Source: Paraglaciecola arctica BSs20135
Lineage (GTDB): Bacteria > Pseudomonadota > Gammaproteobacteria > Enterobacterales > Alteromonadaceae
Assembly: GCF_000314995.1 (NCBI RefSeq)
Contig: NZ_BAEO01000027.1
Coordinates: forward strand, 177,733 to 217,732
DNA: 40,000 nt
Direction: 5' to 3'
The notes under the pieces were generated by a model. That model searched no databases. It had not been told where the DNA came from and saw nothing but the letters and a program-made list of their open reading frames with translations. A program made the position numbers and the translations under genes. Each line of letters begins with the position of its first letter. Within the stretch, counting starts at the first letter, position 1. Shown piece after piece: positions 9,185-17,342 of the stretch.

Positions 9185-9724
9185 CTAAATATCACGCTTG
9201 ATTTTTGATAGAGGGTGGTAATCAGGATAGGTAGGGATTTGGGGTTTACCAGAGCCTAACATAACAAACATTAGTGCTTCCTCTTGCCCAATATTATTTA
9301 AACCACGGTATATTCCAGCGGGAACAGAAACCAGATCTCGTTCTTTTAATATGGTGGTGTATCGTTTGTCACCATCTTCTAAAAATAACTTAATTGTTCC
9401 TTTGTAAACAAAAAATACTTCTTCTACATCATGGTGTACATGCATCGGACCTTCACAGCCTGACGGTAAACACATGGTTGAAAACGTAAAGTTTTCTGCC
9501 GCCACTACATTCATGTCAGAGCTAACACCTGCTGCCCCCGTGCCTAAGTATCTCACTTGTGCACGACGGTAAACCGGATTATAGTCGGCTTGAAATTTTA
9601 GGGCATTCCAATCATACTTTCGACTTTCAAAGCGAGCGATTCGAGATTCAATTTGTTCACCAAATCCAGCGTCAATTTCGACATTTTTAAATAACTTTTC
9701 GTTTGTTACATTGTTCTCTGTCAT
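9185..9724 (-). CDS. Cupin-domain protein
   Basis: The 179-aa ORF has cupin motif 1 (GPMHVHHDVEEVFFV) and a motif-2-like PAGIYRGLNN. Confidence 0.7.
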   Translation of the reverse strand: MTENNVTNEKLFKNVEIDAGFGEQIESRIARFESRKYDWNALKFQADYNPVYRRAQVRYLGTGAAGVSSDMNVVAAENFTFSTMCLPSGCEGPMHVHHDVEEVFFVYKGTIKLFLEDGDKRYTTILKERDLVSVPAGIYRGLNNIGQEEALMFVMLGSGKPQIPTYPDYHPLSKIKRDI

Positions 9725-9808
9725 TATTTCTTCCTCACTATTATTAGAAATTAATTGGTTATATAAAGTCCGGTAAGGTGCTAGATATTTTTAAATATCC
9801 TCAACTTA

Positions 9809-10558
9809 CTAATTCATCACGAAACCACCGTTTATGGGCAATAACTGGCCTGTGATAAAGCTAGCACTGTCTGATAGTAAGAAGTTCACTACACCAACTA
9901 CATCTTCTGGCAGTTGAGCTCTAGAAATTGCACGTCCATCTCGATACTGTTGATGACGTTCTTCAGGCACATATTCTGTCGCTTCAACTAATGTTAGCCC
10001 TGGCGCTATGGCGTTAACACAAACATTGTCGTTACCTAATTCACGTGCCATCGATTTTGTCATCGCAATAATCGCGCCCTTACTCGATACGTAGTGGAGT
10101 AATTTAGGCGCCCCCCAAAGTGCGGTATCAGAGGCCATATTGACAACTTTTGCATTGCCTGATTGACGTAAAAAAGGAGACGCTGCACGTGTCATTAGCC
10201 AGGTGCCTCGTACATTAACGTTCATGACTTTGTCCCATACGTCAATATCAATATCTTCCATTGAGACTCCGCCAATACCTGTCGCTATAGCGCCATTATT
10301 AACTAACCCATCTAGGCCACCTAGTATTTCCACTGATTGTAAAACGCACTTCTCAATGCTCTTTGGATTAGCTAAGTCTACTTTGACAAAATGAGCGTTA
10401 TAACCTGATTTTTGCAAACTGTTGGCTAGCGCAGAACCTTCATCTTCTAAAATATCGGCGATAACAATATGGGCGCCTTTCTCCACTAAGCTCATGGCGA
10501 AAGCTAGGCCTAAACCGCGTGCAGAACCCGTGACAATTACACGTTTACCTTTAAGCAT
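9809..10558 (-). CDS. Short-chain dehydrogenase/reductase (classical SDR)
   Basis: TGSARGLGLA, NNGA, the catalytic S...YVSSK (YxxxK) and a C-terminal ITGQLLPINGG. Confidence 0.88.
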   Translation of the reverse strand: MLKGKRVIVTGSARGLGLAFAMSLVEKGAHIVIADILEDEGSALANSLQKSGYNAHFVKVDLANPKSIEKCVLQSVEILGGLDGLVNNGAIATGIGGVSMEDIDIDVWDKVMNVNVRGTWLMTRAASPFLRQSGNAKVVNMASDTALWGAPKLLHYVSSKGAIIAMTKSMARELGNDNVCVNAIAPGLTLVEATEYVPEERHQQYRDGRAISRAQLPEDVVGVVNFLLSDSASFITGQLLPINGGFVMN

Positions 10559-10607
10559 TACTTACTCTTTTTAAGATAATTAATTGAATTAATCGGCATT
10601 TGCTAAG

Positions 10608-10919
10608 TTATAAATAAACATATATTTCACCCGCATCTAGCCGAATATCGTATTTAATGAGATCTCTGCCCGGTTTACGTAAACATTGACCGCTGGGGAT
10701 ATGAAACAATGCATTATGAAAAGGACATTGCACTGTTTCAATCACCGTCTTTCCTTGTGATAACAAGAAAAAGTTTTGTGCATGGGGACAAGCATCTTCT
10801 AAGGCGTAATAGTGGTCATTCAGGTGGTACAGGCCAATATATTGGCCTTCAATCTGTAATGTGAGTTTCTTATGTTCAATCAACTCAGATTCAGTTGCCA
10901 AAAATAACCAAGACGCCAT
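10608..10919 (-). CDS. Rieske-type [2Fe-2S] ferredoxin (oxygenase ferredoxin component)
   Basis: The 103-aa ORF has the ligand pattern CPH...x17...CPFH (ACPHAQNFF...VQCPFHNALF). Its size and layout resemble BphF/HcaC-type ferredoxins. Confidence 0.85.
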   Translation of the reverse strand: MASWLFLATESELIEHKKLTLQIEGQYIGLYHLNDHYYALEDACPHAQNFFLLSQGKTVIETVQCPFHNALFHIPSGQCLRKPGRDLIKYDIRLDAGEIYVYL

Positions 10920-10927
10920 TATTTGCT

Positions 10928-13546
10928 CTATTCAAACGAAACTTTCAAAGAAAGGTACGCTTGTCTGCCTAATGCGCTATGCGTTAACGGGTCATAGCCA
11001 CTTCGTGAAATAACATCAGGAGCTTGTTCATCAAATAAGTTTTTGACGCCTAAAGTTAGAGCTGCAAGCGTGCCGTCTTTGAATTGAGAGCCAAGGTCAT
11101 AGTTAAATTGCATATCAACTGTGGTAAAACTATCAATACTATTGTCAGAGTTATCATCTTCATAATCACTGACGTGACGTACAAATATGTTACTAGAATG
11201 CAGCTCACCTTTCCAAGTAACCCCTATAGCTCCTCGAAGTGCAGGCATAGGTACACCAAAGTTAGTGAAGTTTCGTTGATTTTTGCCATCAATATTACCG
11301 GCAATAGGATCTTCAAGATCGTAAGTTAAGACATAACTGGTATTAACGGATAACTCAATTTCACCTATATTTGTATCAAAACCTTTATTAATTGACACAT
11401 CAATTCCGTCGGTTTCCAAAACTCCTGCATTTCTGAAAAAGGTGGTCACTGTGGTTAATTGGCCACTGTTAGGATCTCGTTCAAGTTGATCACCGTAGGG
11501 GTCGTTGGCAACTAGTGCCGTAGCGTTTTCTGGGGTAATAAATTTATCGTAACTAAAACGCCAGTAATCGATGCTCGCTGAAAAATCATTATCAGGTAAA
11601 AACCAGGTTGCACCAAGGTTATAAGTATCTGAGGTTTGCGCAGTTAAAGGATTCTCTTGATCACCTTCGGTTCTTTGTGAAACCGTTGCTAAGGCATTAG
11701 TTAGCGGATCTAGAACCCGCGAAGGTACAGTTAAACCGCCGGCGGTTTGAAACAAAGAAGGTGCCTTAAATGATTCTCCGTAAGTACCTCGGAAGCTGAG
11801 TTGCTCAAAGAGCCAAATAAAGCCAATTTTAGGATCTACCGTATCAAAATTACCGAGGTCTTCATAACGTAGCGCCGTTTGAATATTCAAACCTGCAAAA
11901 ACGGGGATATCCACTTCCACAAATACCGCAGAAGCATCACCATCGGTGGTGAAACTATTATTACCTCGGAAAAAGTACAAGTTATCGTTTTCTGCAGCAT
12001 CGTTATAATCATATTCAAGTTCATTTTTACGATACTGAACACCCGCAGCAAGAGCTACAGTGCCCTCCGGCAGTTCAAATATTTCACCTGAAACATGAGC
12101 ATCAAAAGTGGTTAATTTAGATGTTGCTTCAAAAGCATAAGAACCTTTGAAATCTTCAATAACACTAGGGTCATTTTGGGCGCCATAGAGTGGGTTATAA
12201 AACAAATCATTATTGGGGCCACCTTGACCGACTAAGGCTGCTTGAAAACGATCGACTAAGGTATCCGAGGAATCGTTATAATTATAGACATTTTCACTGT
12301 GTCCAACGGCTGCTTGCCAACTCCAATTGTCATCTAACTCACCCTTTAAACCAAACACGGTACGCCATGTAACGGATCCAATATCTATTATGCTAGCATC
12401 TGAACTTGTTCCAAATGGACGTCCAAAAAATAGTGCACCTTGAGTATTACCTACTGCAACTGCTGATGGGTTTGTTGGTGGAATGAAAGGAGGAAATAAA
12501 ATGGGTTGCGAAGGTGAGCTTGTAGTTAGGATCTTATTATCGTTATAACCTATTTCGGCAAATAATGATGTGTCATCAGATAGATCGCTATTAAATTCGG
12601 CGTAAACTTGACTTCTTTGTTCTTCAGCAACCATGCTGAAATAGTCACCAAAGTCAAAATTACAAAAGCCAGCAGCATTGATTCCTGTGGTGGTTTCAGG
12701 GTGTTCAGCCGCGACTTGTTCACAACTTGGGTCTGCTACAAATTGAGGCGCACCAGCGTCTTGAAAAACTAAAAAAGTGCCTGGATTACCAAAGGTACTA
12801 TTGGCATCCCTAAGTTCAAATTCGTCACTACGGGTGGCTGCGGATAATGGGGACCTATCGAAATAACTGGCTGCCAAAATCAGGTTGCTATTATTAAACT
12901 CGTGGCCATATAAGACACTAAATTGGCCGTCATTCTGACTATCACTGGTGGTTGATTTATAATCCAAATTAAAATCTAAACCAACAAAATCACTTTTGGT
13001 ATTAAAATTAGCCACTCCAGCTACAGCATCAGAGCCATATAGCGATGATGCACCATCTTTTAAAATTTCGACACGTCCGATAGCAATGGTAGGCACGAGT
13101 GAATTTAAATCGGTAAATTGATCACCGTTTAATGTAGTGGCCGCAGTATTCACTTGGCGTCGACCGTTTAATAAAGTCAAAGTTGAACTAACACCTAACC
13201 CACGAAGATTGATATTAGATGTACCTAATGAAAATGTTTGATTAAAACCGTCATTATTGTTTTGTGAGCCAGCATTTATTGATAGTGAATTGACAATATC
13301 AACCGCGCCAAATGCACCTATTTTTTCGATATTGCCAGCATCAATAATTTCAACGGGTGAAGGTCTGTCGGCTTGTTCTTGACGTTTTATGTAACTCCCA
13401 ATCACACCAATCACTTCAACGTCGTTACTGGCTAATTTTCCACCGGATCCCGGTGACTCTACTGCCAATGCTGACGAGACTGCTATTACTGATGTTAATA
13501 ACGTCGTCGCTAATTTTGTTGCTTTATTTGTTTTTGGATTTTTCAC
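10928..13546 (-). CDS. TonB-dependent outer-membrane receptor
   Basis: It has a plug domain (EVIGV..., NINLRGLG, RVEILKDGASSLYGSDAVAGVANF) and a long beta-barrel with a terminal aromatic motif (YLSLKVSFE). I prefer the GTG at 13546, which has GAGGA 7 nt upstream and gives the clean signal peptide (M)KNPKTNKATKLATTLLTSVIAVSSALA. The ATG at 13591 is the alternative ORF-track start. Confidence 0.9.
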   Translation of the reverse strand: MKNPKTNKATKLATTLLTSVIAVSSALAVESPGSGGKLASNDVEVIGVIGSYIKRQEQADRPSPVEIIDAGNIEKIGAFGAVDIVNSLSINAGSQNNNDGFNQTFSLGTSNINLRGLGVSSTLTLLNGRRQVNTAATTLNGDQFTDLNSLVPTIAIGRVEILKDGASSLYGSDAVAGVANFNTKSDFVGLDFNLDYKSTTSDSQNDGQFSVLYGHEFNNSNLILAASYFDRSPLSAATRSDEFELRDANSTFGNPGTFLVFQDAGAPQFVADPSCEQVAAEHPETTTGINAAGFCNFDFGDYFSMVAEEQRSQVYAEFNSDLSDDTSLFAEIGYNDNKILTTSSPSQPILFPPFIPPTNPSAVAVGNTQGALFFGRPFGTSSDASIIDIGSVTWRTVFGLKGELDDNWSWQAAVGHSENVYNYNDSSDTLVDRFQAALVGQGGPNNDLFYNPLYGAQNDPSVIEDFKGSYAFEATSKLTTFDAHVSGEIFELPEGTVALAAGVQYRKNELEYDYNDAAENDNLYFFRGNNSFTTDGDASAVFVEVDIPVFAGLNIQTALRYEDLGNFDTVDPKIGFIWLFEQLSFRGTYGESFKAPSLFQTAGGLTVPSRVLDPLTNALATVSQRTEGDQENPLTAQTSDTYNLGATWFLPDNDFSASIDYWRFSYDKFITPENATALVANDPYGDQLERDPNSGQLTTVTTFFRNAGVLETDGIDVSINKGFDTNIGEIELSVNTSYVLTYDLEDPIAGNIDGKNQRNFTNFGVPMPALRGAIGVTWKGELHSSNIFVRHVSDYEDDNSDNSIDSFTTVDMQFNYDLGSQFKDGTLAALTLGVKNLFDEQAPDVISRSGYDPLTHSALGRQAYLSLKVSFE

Positions 13547-13610
13547 TTTTATTTCCTCGACACTATGTTTTAAATTAATATCATTTCTCATAACAAACGC
13601 TTCGTATAGG

Positions 13611-13621
13611 AAACATTGTTT
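13611..13621. promoter_or_regulatory. Candidate operator AAACATTGTTT upstream of the TonB-dependent receptor unit
   Basis: A palindrome with 5-bp arms AAACA/TGTTT around one central base. It lies 65 nt upstream of the preferred GTG start. The same motif recurs at 17011 and 17261. Confidence 0.4.
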
Positions 13622-13796
13622 TTAATACGGGACGATAATATTTCAATAAAATCATTTTATTTATTATTATTTAGCTAAGAACACCTTTGGCAACATCAAT
13701 GACAACAACTACTTATCGAAAATATATGTATTGAAATCGACGTTTATTTCTAATTTTTAATGATGCATATAAAAAAATGTATATGCACTTTAGAAA

Positions 13797-14111
13797 TCAG
13801 TTCTGTGCCACATAGACGACAAGTCCATTTAATGCCTCTGTAACCTCAATTTGACATGTTAAACGACTATTGGGTTTATGGCCGTCTAAGTTATCAAGCA
13901 TAAACTCTTCCATATCATCTTTTTCGGGTACTTTATCGAGCCATTCAGGCGCTATAAAACTATGGCAAGTTGCACATGCACATGCACCGCCACATTCAGC
14001 CACAATACCCTCGATGCCATTGTTAATGGCACCTTCCATTACTGTCGAACCATTTTCCACTTCAACTTCATGGCGACTTCCATCTTCTGTAATATAAATT
14101 ATTTCGGCCAT
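13797..14111 (-). CDS. [2Fe-2S] ferredoxin, adrenodoxin/putidaredoxin type
   Basis: The 104-aa ORF has the cysteine pattern CGGACACATCH...C (AECGGACACATCHSF ... RLTCQI). Confidence 0.9.
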   Translation of the reverse strand: MAEIIYITEDGSRHEVEVENGSTVMEGAINNGIEGIVAECGGACACATCHSFIAPEWLDKVPEKDDMEEFMLDNLDGHKPNSRLTCQIEVTEALNGLVVYVAQN

Positions 14112-14175
14112 AATATTCCTACTTACTTAATCGCTTAACCTTTGATTTATTTAGTGTTTAACCGTTTAAATTTGA

Positions 14176-14376
14176 CTATTTAACGGCTTGGTTTTTTTGA
14201 TGTTCCATCAAAGCGGTTATTTGTTCTTTCGCCGCTTTAGCAAGTTCGAACCGAATACGAGTCAAGCCTAAGTCATGTTGATAAAGCTTCTCATTATCTC
14301 GGGCGTTATCATCAAGTGCTTCAAGGATCAGCCGATCCTGTTCAAGTACATCCCAATGGCGTCCTTCGGTTCTGTT
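14176..14376 (-). pseudogene. Displaced C-terminal segment of the Rieske oxygenase (other frame)
   Basis: My own translation of the minus strand in the frame ending at TAG 14176-14178 gives NRTEGRHWDVLEQDRLILEALDDNARDNEKLYQHDLGLTRIRFELAKAAKEQITALMEHQKNQAVK*. This is a plausible oxygenase C-terminal helix region. Confidence 0.7.
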
Positions 14377-15233
14377 TTATACATAAACCGCCATAAATCT
14401 TTTACCCAGCCTTCGACTTTTCTTACTCGCCAGAAATAAACCTGACAGGTAGTTTCATCAATAGGAGTAGCAAAACCTATAATAGTGAAGTTGCCTCCTG
14501 GCCCTACATTTTTTCGATAAGGGATAGCAAGTTTGAGCCAATGAGCACCGGTGTTGCCAAATTCAGTCCAGTCGAAGTTAACTCCGGTTTGACCTTCTTT
14601 TTCAAACATCCATCCGGTGTCGGTTTTTTCTAATTTCATTTTGGCTTTTTTCTCACCCCAAGCCATAGTGTGAGAATCACCATGTAAAAATGCACCATGC
14701 ATGGGGTCCATTACGTTATCAATGGCATAACGATAATTGACTTTCCAAATAGCGGTACAAAGAAAAGATGAATACTCCTCTTTAATAAGTTCATCTGGCA
14801 ACTCTAAAGGAATCGGCTCAACGTTAAGTTCATCTCCAAAATATGCAAAGATAGCACCATCGATTTCTTTAATTGGATAACTATGATTTTGCTTGGTTCC
14901 TTTCATTGGGCAATGATCAACAGCAGGTACATCTATAACCATGCCATCTTTATCTACTTCAATACCATGATACCAACAAGCAAGTTTGTCTCCTTTGTTC
15001 CAACCTAATGACATCCGTGCTCCGCGATGAGGACAACTATCTGAAATAGCGTGAACTTGGCCGTCGACGCTTCTCCATACGGCTATTTTTTCACCTAATC
15101 TCGTGATCCCAACGGGTTTGTTTTTTACGCCCCAACTCGGTAATATTGGATACCATAAATTTTTAACGCCTAGGTTAATTCGTTTCTCTACTAACTTATC
15201 GAACTCTTCAGGGGATATGTTTTTATCCGACAT
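14328..15233 (-). CDS. Rieske non-heme-iron oxygenase alpha subunit (VanA/phthalate-family size), apparently frameshifted near the 3' end
   Basis: It has the Rieske motif CPHRGARMS...x...CWYHG and the mononuclear iron motif DNVMDPMHGAFLHGDSH. The ORF ends prematurely (…FMYKTEPKDAIGMYLNRIG*), while the expected C-terminus continues in another frame (see 14176-14376). Confidence 0.85.
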   Translation of the reverse strand: MSDKNISPEEFDKLVEKRINLGVKNLWYPILPSWGVKNKPVGITRLGEKIAVWRSVDGQVHAISDSCPHRGARMSLGWNKGDKLACWYHGIEVDKDGMVIDVPAVDHCPMKGTKQNHSYPIKEIDGAIFAYFGDELNVEPIPLELPDELIKEEYSSFLCTAIWKVNYRYAIDNVMDPMHGAFLHGDSHTMAWGEKKAKMKLEKTDTGWMFEKEGQTGVNFDWTEFGNTGAHWLKLAIPYRKNVGPGGNFTIIGFATPIDETTCQVYFWRVRKVEGWVKDLWRFMYKTEPKDAIGMYLNRIG

Positions 15234-15266
15234 TTTATTCTCCTACCGTATTAAATCTGCTTAAAC

Positions 15267-15566
15267 TTACTGCTCTGCCAAACGAGACAATTCTTGTTTG
15301 AAACTTTCTTCAGTGAATGGACTACCATCTCGGCTAAAGATACCTAAATCATTAAGCTTCAAAACTATCTCTGGTAATTCATGTGTTTCAGCTAAGACGA
15401 TTTCTAACGCATCACCTAAATTATTTTCATATTTTGTTGGTGAAGACGAACGAGTTTGCCAAATCATATGTTCAATATTGTCATAGGTTTCGATTGAGCC
15501 TTTGCCACCTTCAGTAACAATGTTAATTTGCTGCCAAGGGACTAAGTTTTCGTTGTAATCTTTCAT
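15267..15566 (-). CDS. Hypothetical 99-aa acidic protein co-transcribed with the oxygenase
   Basis: A clean ORF sits between the MFS and oxygenase genes on the same strand, with short gaps (95 nt upstream, 33 nt downstream). I recognise no motif in it. Confidence 0.55.
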   Translation of the reverse strand: MKDYNENLVPWQQINIVTEGGKGSIETYDNIEHMIWQTRSSSPTKYENNLGDALEIVLAETHELPEIVLKLNDLGIFSRDGSPFTEESFKQELSRLAEQ

Positions 15567-15661
15567 ATTTTATCTCCATCGCACTTTATTTTTATAAATA
15601 ATATATTTCTGGAATTAATATTCCTGCCAAATTTTTTTAGTTGAGTTGGTTACTTTTATTG

Positions 15662-16939
15662 TTATGTTTTTACTTCACTTAATCTTGGGTATGGAGTCAT
15701 GAAATAAAACAAAACACAGGAAAAAACACTCATGATGCAAGCAAAGGTTAATACATACTGATAAGACCCCCAGTACTCATAACTTAGACCCAATAGGTAG
15801 GGGCCAATACCAGCACCAAGTAGAAAGCCCGCTAAAGCATAACCATATATTTGAGCAAAACTTTTTAAGCCAAAATAACGACCAACTAAGTAACCAATTA
15901 GATCACTTTCAGCACCAAACCCGAGGCCTATTAAAAAGACAGAAAGGAATATCCATATTGTTGAGCTAGCATCCACCAAGATACCTAACCCTAGAGCTGC
16001 AAGAGAGAAAAAGAAAATAGCTATATAAGGTGCAAAAAATCTGTCTAATAAATAGCCGACGACTATACGGCCCACAAAAGTTGCCAAGCCCATTACTGAG
16101 GCTGCGGTTGCAGCCAAAGTTGCGGTTAATTGTCGGTCTTTTAATAAAGGTACTATATGTGGTAAAAGGCCGGTCAAAAACATCGACATAATAGTAATTG
16201 CTGTACACATCAACCAGAAGTTACGTGTTTTTATAGCTTCACTGGCTAATAAACCTGAAAGAATAGGTTTTTCTGTTGCTATGGTATCGACATTGTTGGG
16301 TTCATTGCGGATAACAAAGCTGATCAATGGTAATGATATTATCATCACTAACATTGCTAAGGCATAATATGCAGAGCGCCAATCAGCAATGTCGAGTACT
16401 GTTTGTACTAAAATTGGCATGACCATATAACCTAAACCTAAACCCGAAGCAGCGATACCTATACTCAATCCTCTGCGCTTATTAAACCAAGATGATAAAA
16501 GCCTTATATAAGCAATACTTTGTGCACCAGTTGAAACAATGCCAGTGATAAATGATATACAATAAAAAAGTTTTAAGGAATGTAGGCTAAAGGGTATAAC
16601 GGCTATCGTCAGCCCCATCAGAACGACCGATGGAATTAATACTTTTTTCACTCCAAAACGGTCAATTAAGCGGCCAATAAAAGGTGCGGCCAAAATGGAT
16701 GCAAAAGTAAATATAGTAAGGGAAAGCATTAATTCTGATCGGCCCCAATTATATTCTTGCTGCAACGGTAATAATACAACGCCCAGGGTACCAAATATAA
16801 GTGGTCCTGGACTGAACATCATCCCAACTACGGAGACAAAGAGTACTTTCCAACCAAAGTAAGATTTTGAATTTTCATTCTCTATAGATAACTGAGTATT
16901 TTTCAATTTAAACACCTGTGTCGTAGATTTGATGGTCAA
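15662..16939 (-). CDS. MFS transporter
   Basis: The 425-aa ORF has about 12 hydrophobic segments and an MFS loop 2-3 signature (GRLIDRFGVKK). Confidence 0.85.
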   Translation of the reverse strand: MTIKSTTQVFKLKNTQLSIENENSKSYFGWKVLFVSVVGMMFSPGPLIFGTLGVVLLPLQQEYNWGRSELMLSLTIFTFASILAAPFIGRLIDRFGVKKVLIPSVVLMGLTIAVIPFSLHSLKLFYCISFITGIVSTGAQSIAYIRLLSSWFNKRRGLSIGIAASGLGLGYMVMPILVQTVLDIADWRSAYYALAMLVMIISLPLISFVIRNEPNNVDTIATEKPILSGLLASEAIKTRNFWLMCTAITIMSMFLTGLLPHIVPLLKDRQLTATLAATAASVMGLATFVGRIVVGYLLDRFFAPYIAIFFFSLAALGLGILVDASSTIWIFLSVFLIGLGFGAESDLIGYLVGRYFGLKSFAQIYGYALAGFLLGAGIGPYLLGLSYEYWGSYQYVLTFACIMSVFSCVLFYFMTPYPRLSEVKT

Positions 16940-17010
16940 TATTCAATATAAACAATTTGTTTAATTAAAAACTTGTGCCTTCTTTTATATTAAATCCATC
17001 TTAAAAAATC

Positions 17011-17021
17011 AAACAATGTTT
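17011..17021. promoter_or_regulatory. Candidate operator AAACAATGTTT (MFS-proximal)
   Basis: AAACA-A-TGTTT palindrome, 72 nt from the MFS start codon (16939). Confidence 0.4.
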
Positions 17022-17082
17022 CCAATATAAAACAACATTAATCCGCTATTGAGCTAAAGTCAAGAAAATTACAATAGGCTAT

Positions 17083-17109
17083 AACATTAATTTAAATTCA
17101 ATTAATGTT
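17083..17109. promoter_or_regulatory. 10-bp perfect inverted repeat in the divergent promoter region
   Basis: AACATTAATT (17083-17092), spacer TAAATTC and AATTAATGTT (17100-17109). It shares the AACATT core with the other sites. Confidence 0.3.
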
Positions 17110-17260
17110 AAGTTAAATCATTGTTATTTAAAGGTTTAATTAATATTTAATTTCTGTTTAAAGATATTTCCTAGTATGTTTTTTCACAAATAAATAGGTT
17201 ATTTGATTAAGTTGCTTACTTGACAACTAATCGAAATACATTAACAATGCTTCAAATATG

Positions 17261-17271
17261 AAACATTGTTT
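17261..17271. promoter_or_regulatory. Candidate operator AAACATTGTTT (ThDP-enzyme-proximal)
   Basis: Embedded in GAAACATTGTTTTC, 72 nt from the ATG at 17343. This mirrors the 72-nt spacing of the 17011 site. A degenerate copy, TTAACAATGCTTC, lies at 17241-17253. Confidence 0.4.
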
Positions 17272-17342
17272 TCATTTTTCTTGGGTCGTACAGGTAATTA
17301 CCAAGAGTGATTTAAGCGTAATCTAATTAGGAGATAACTAAC

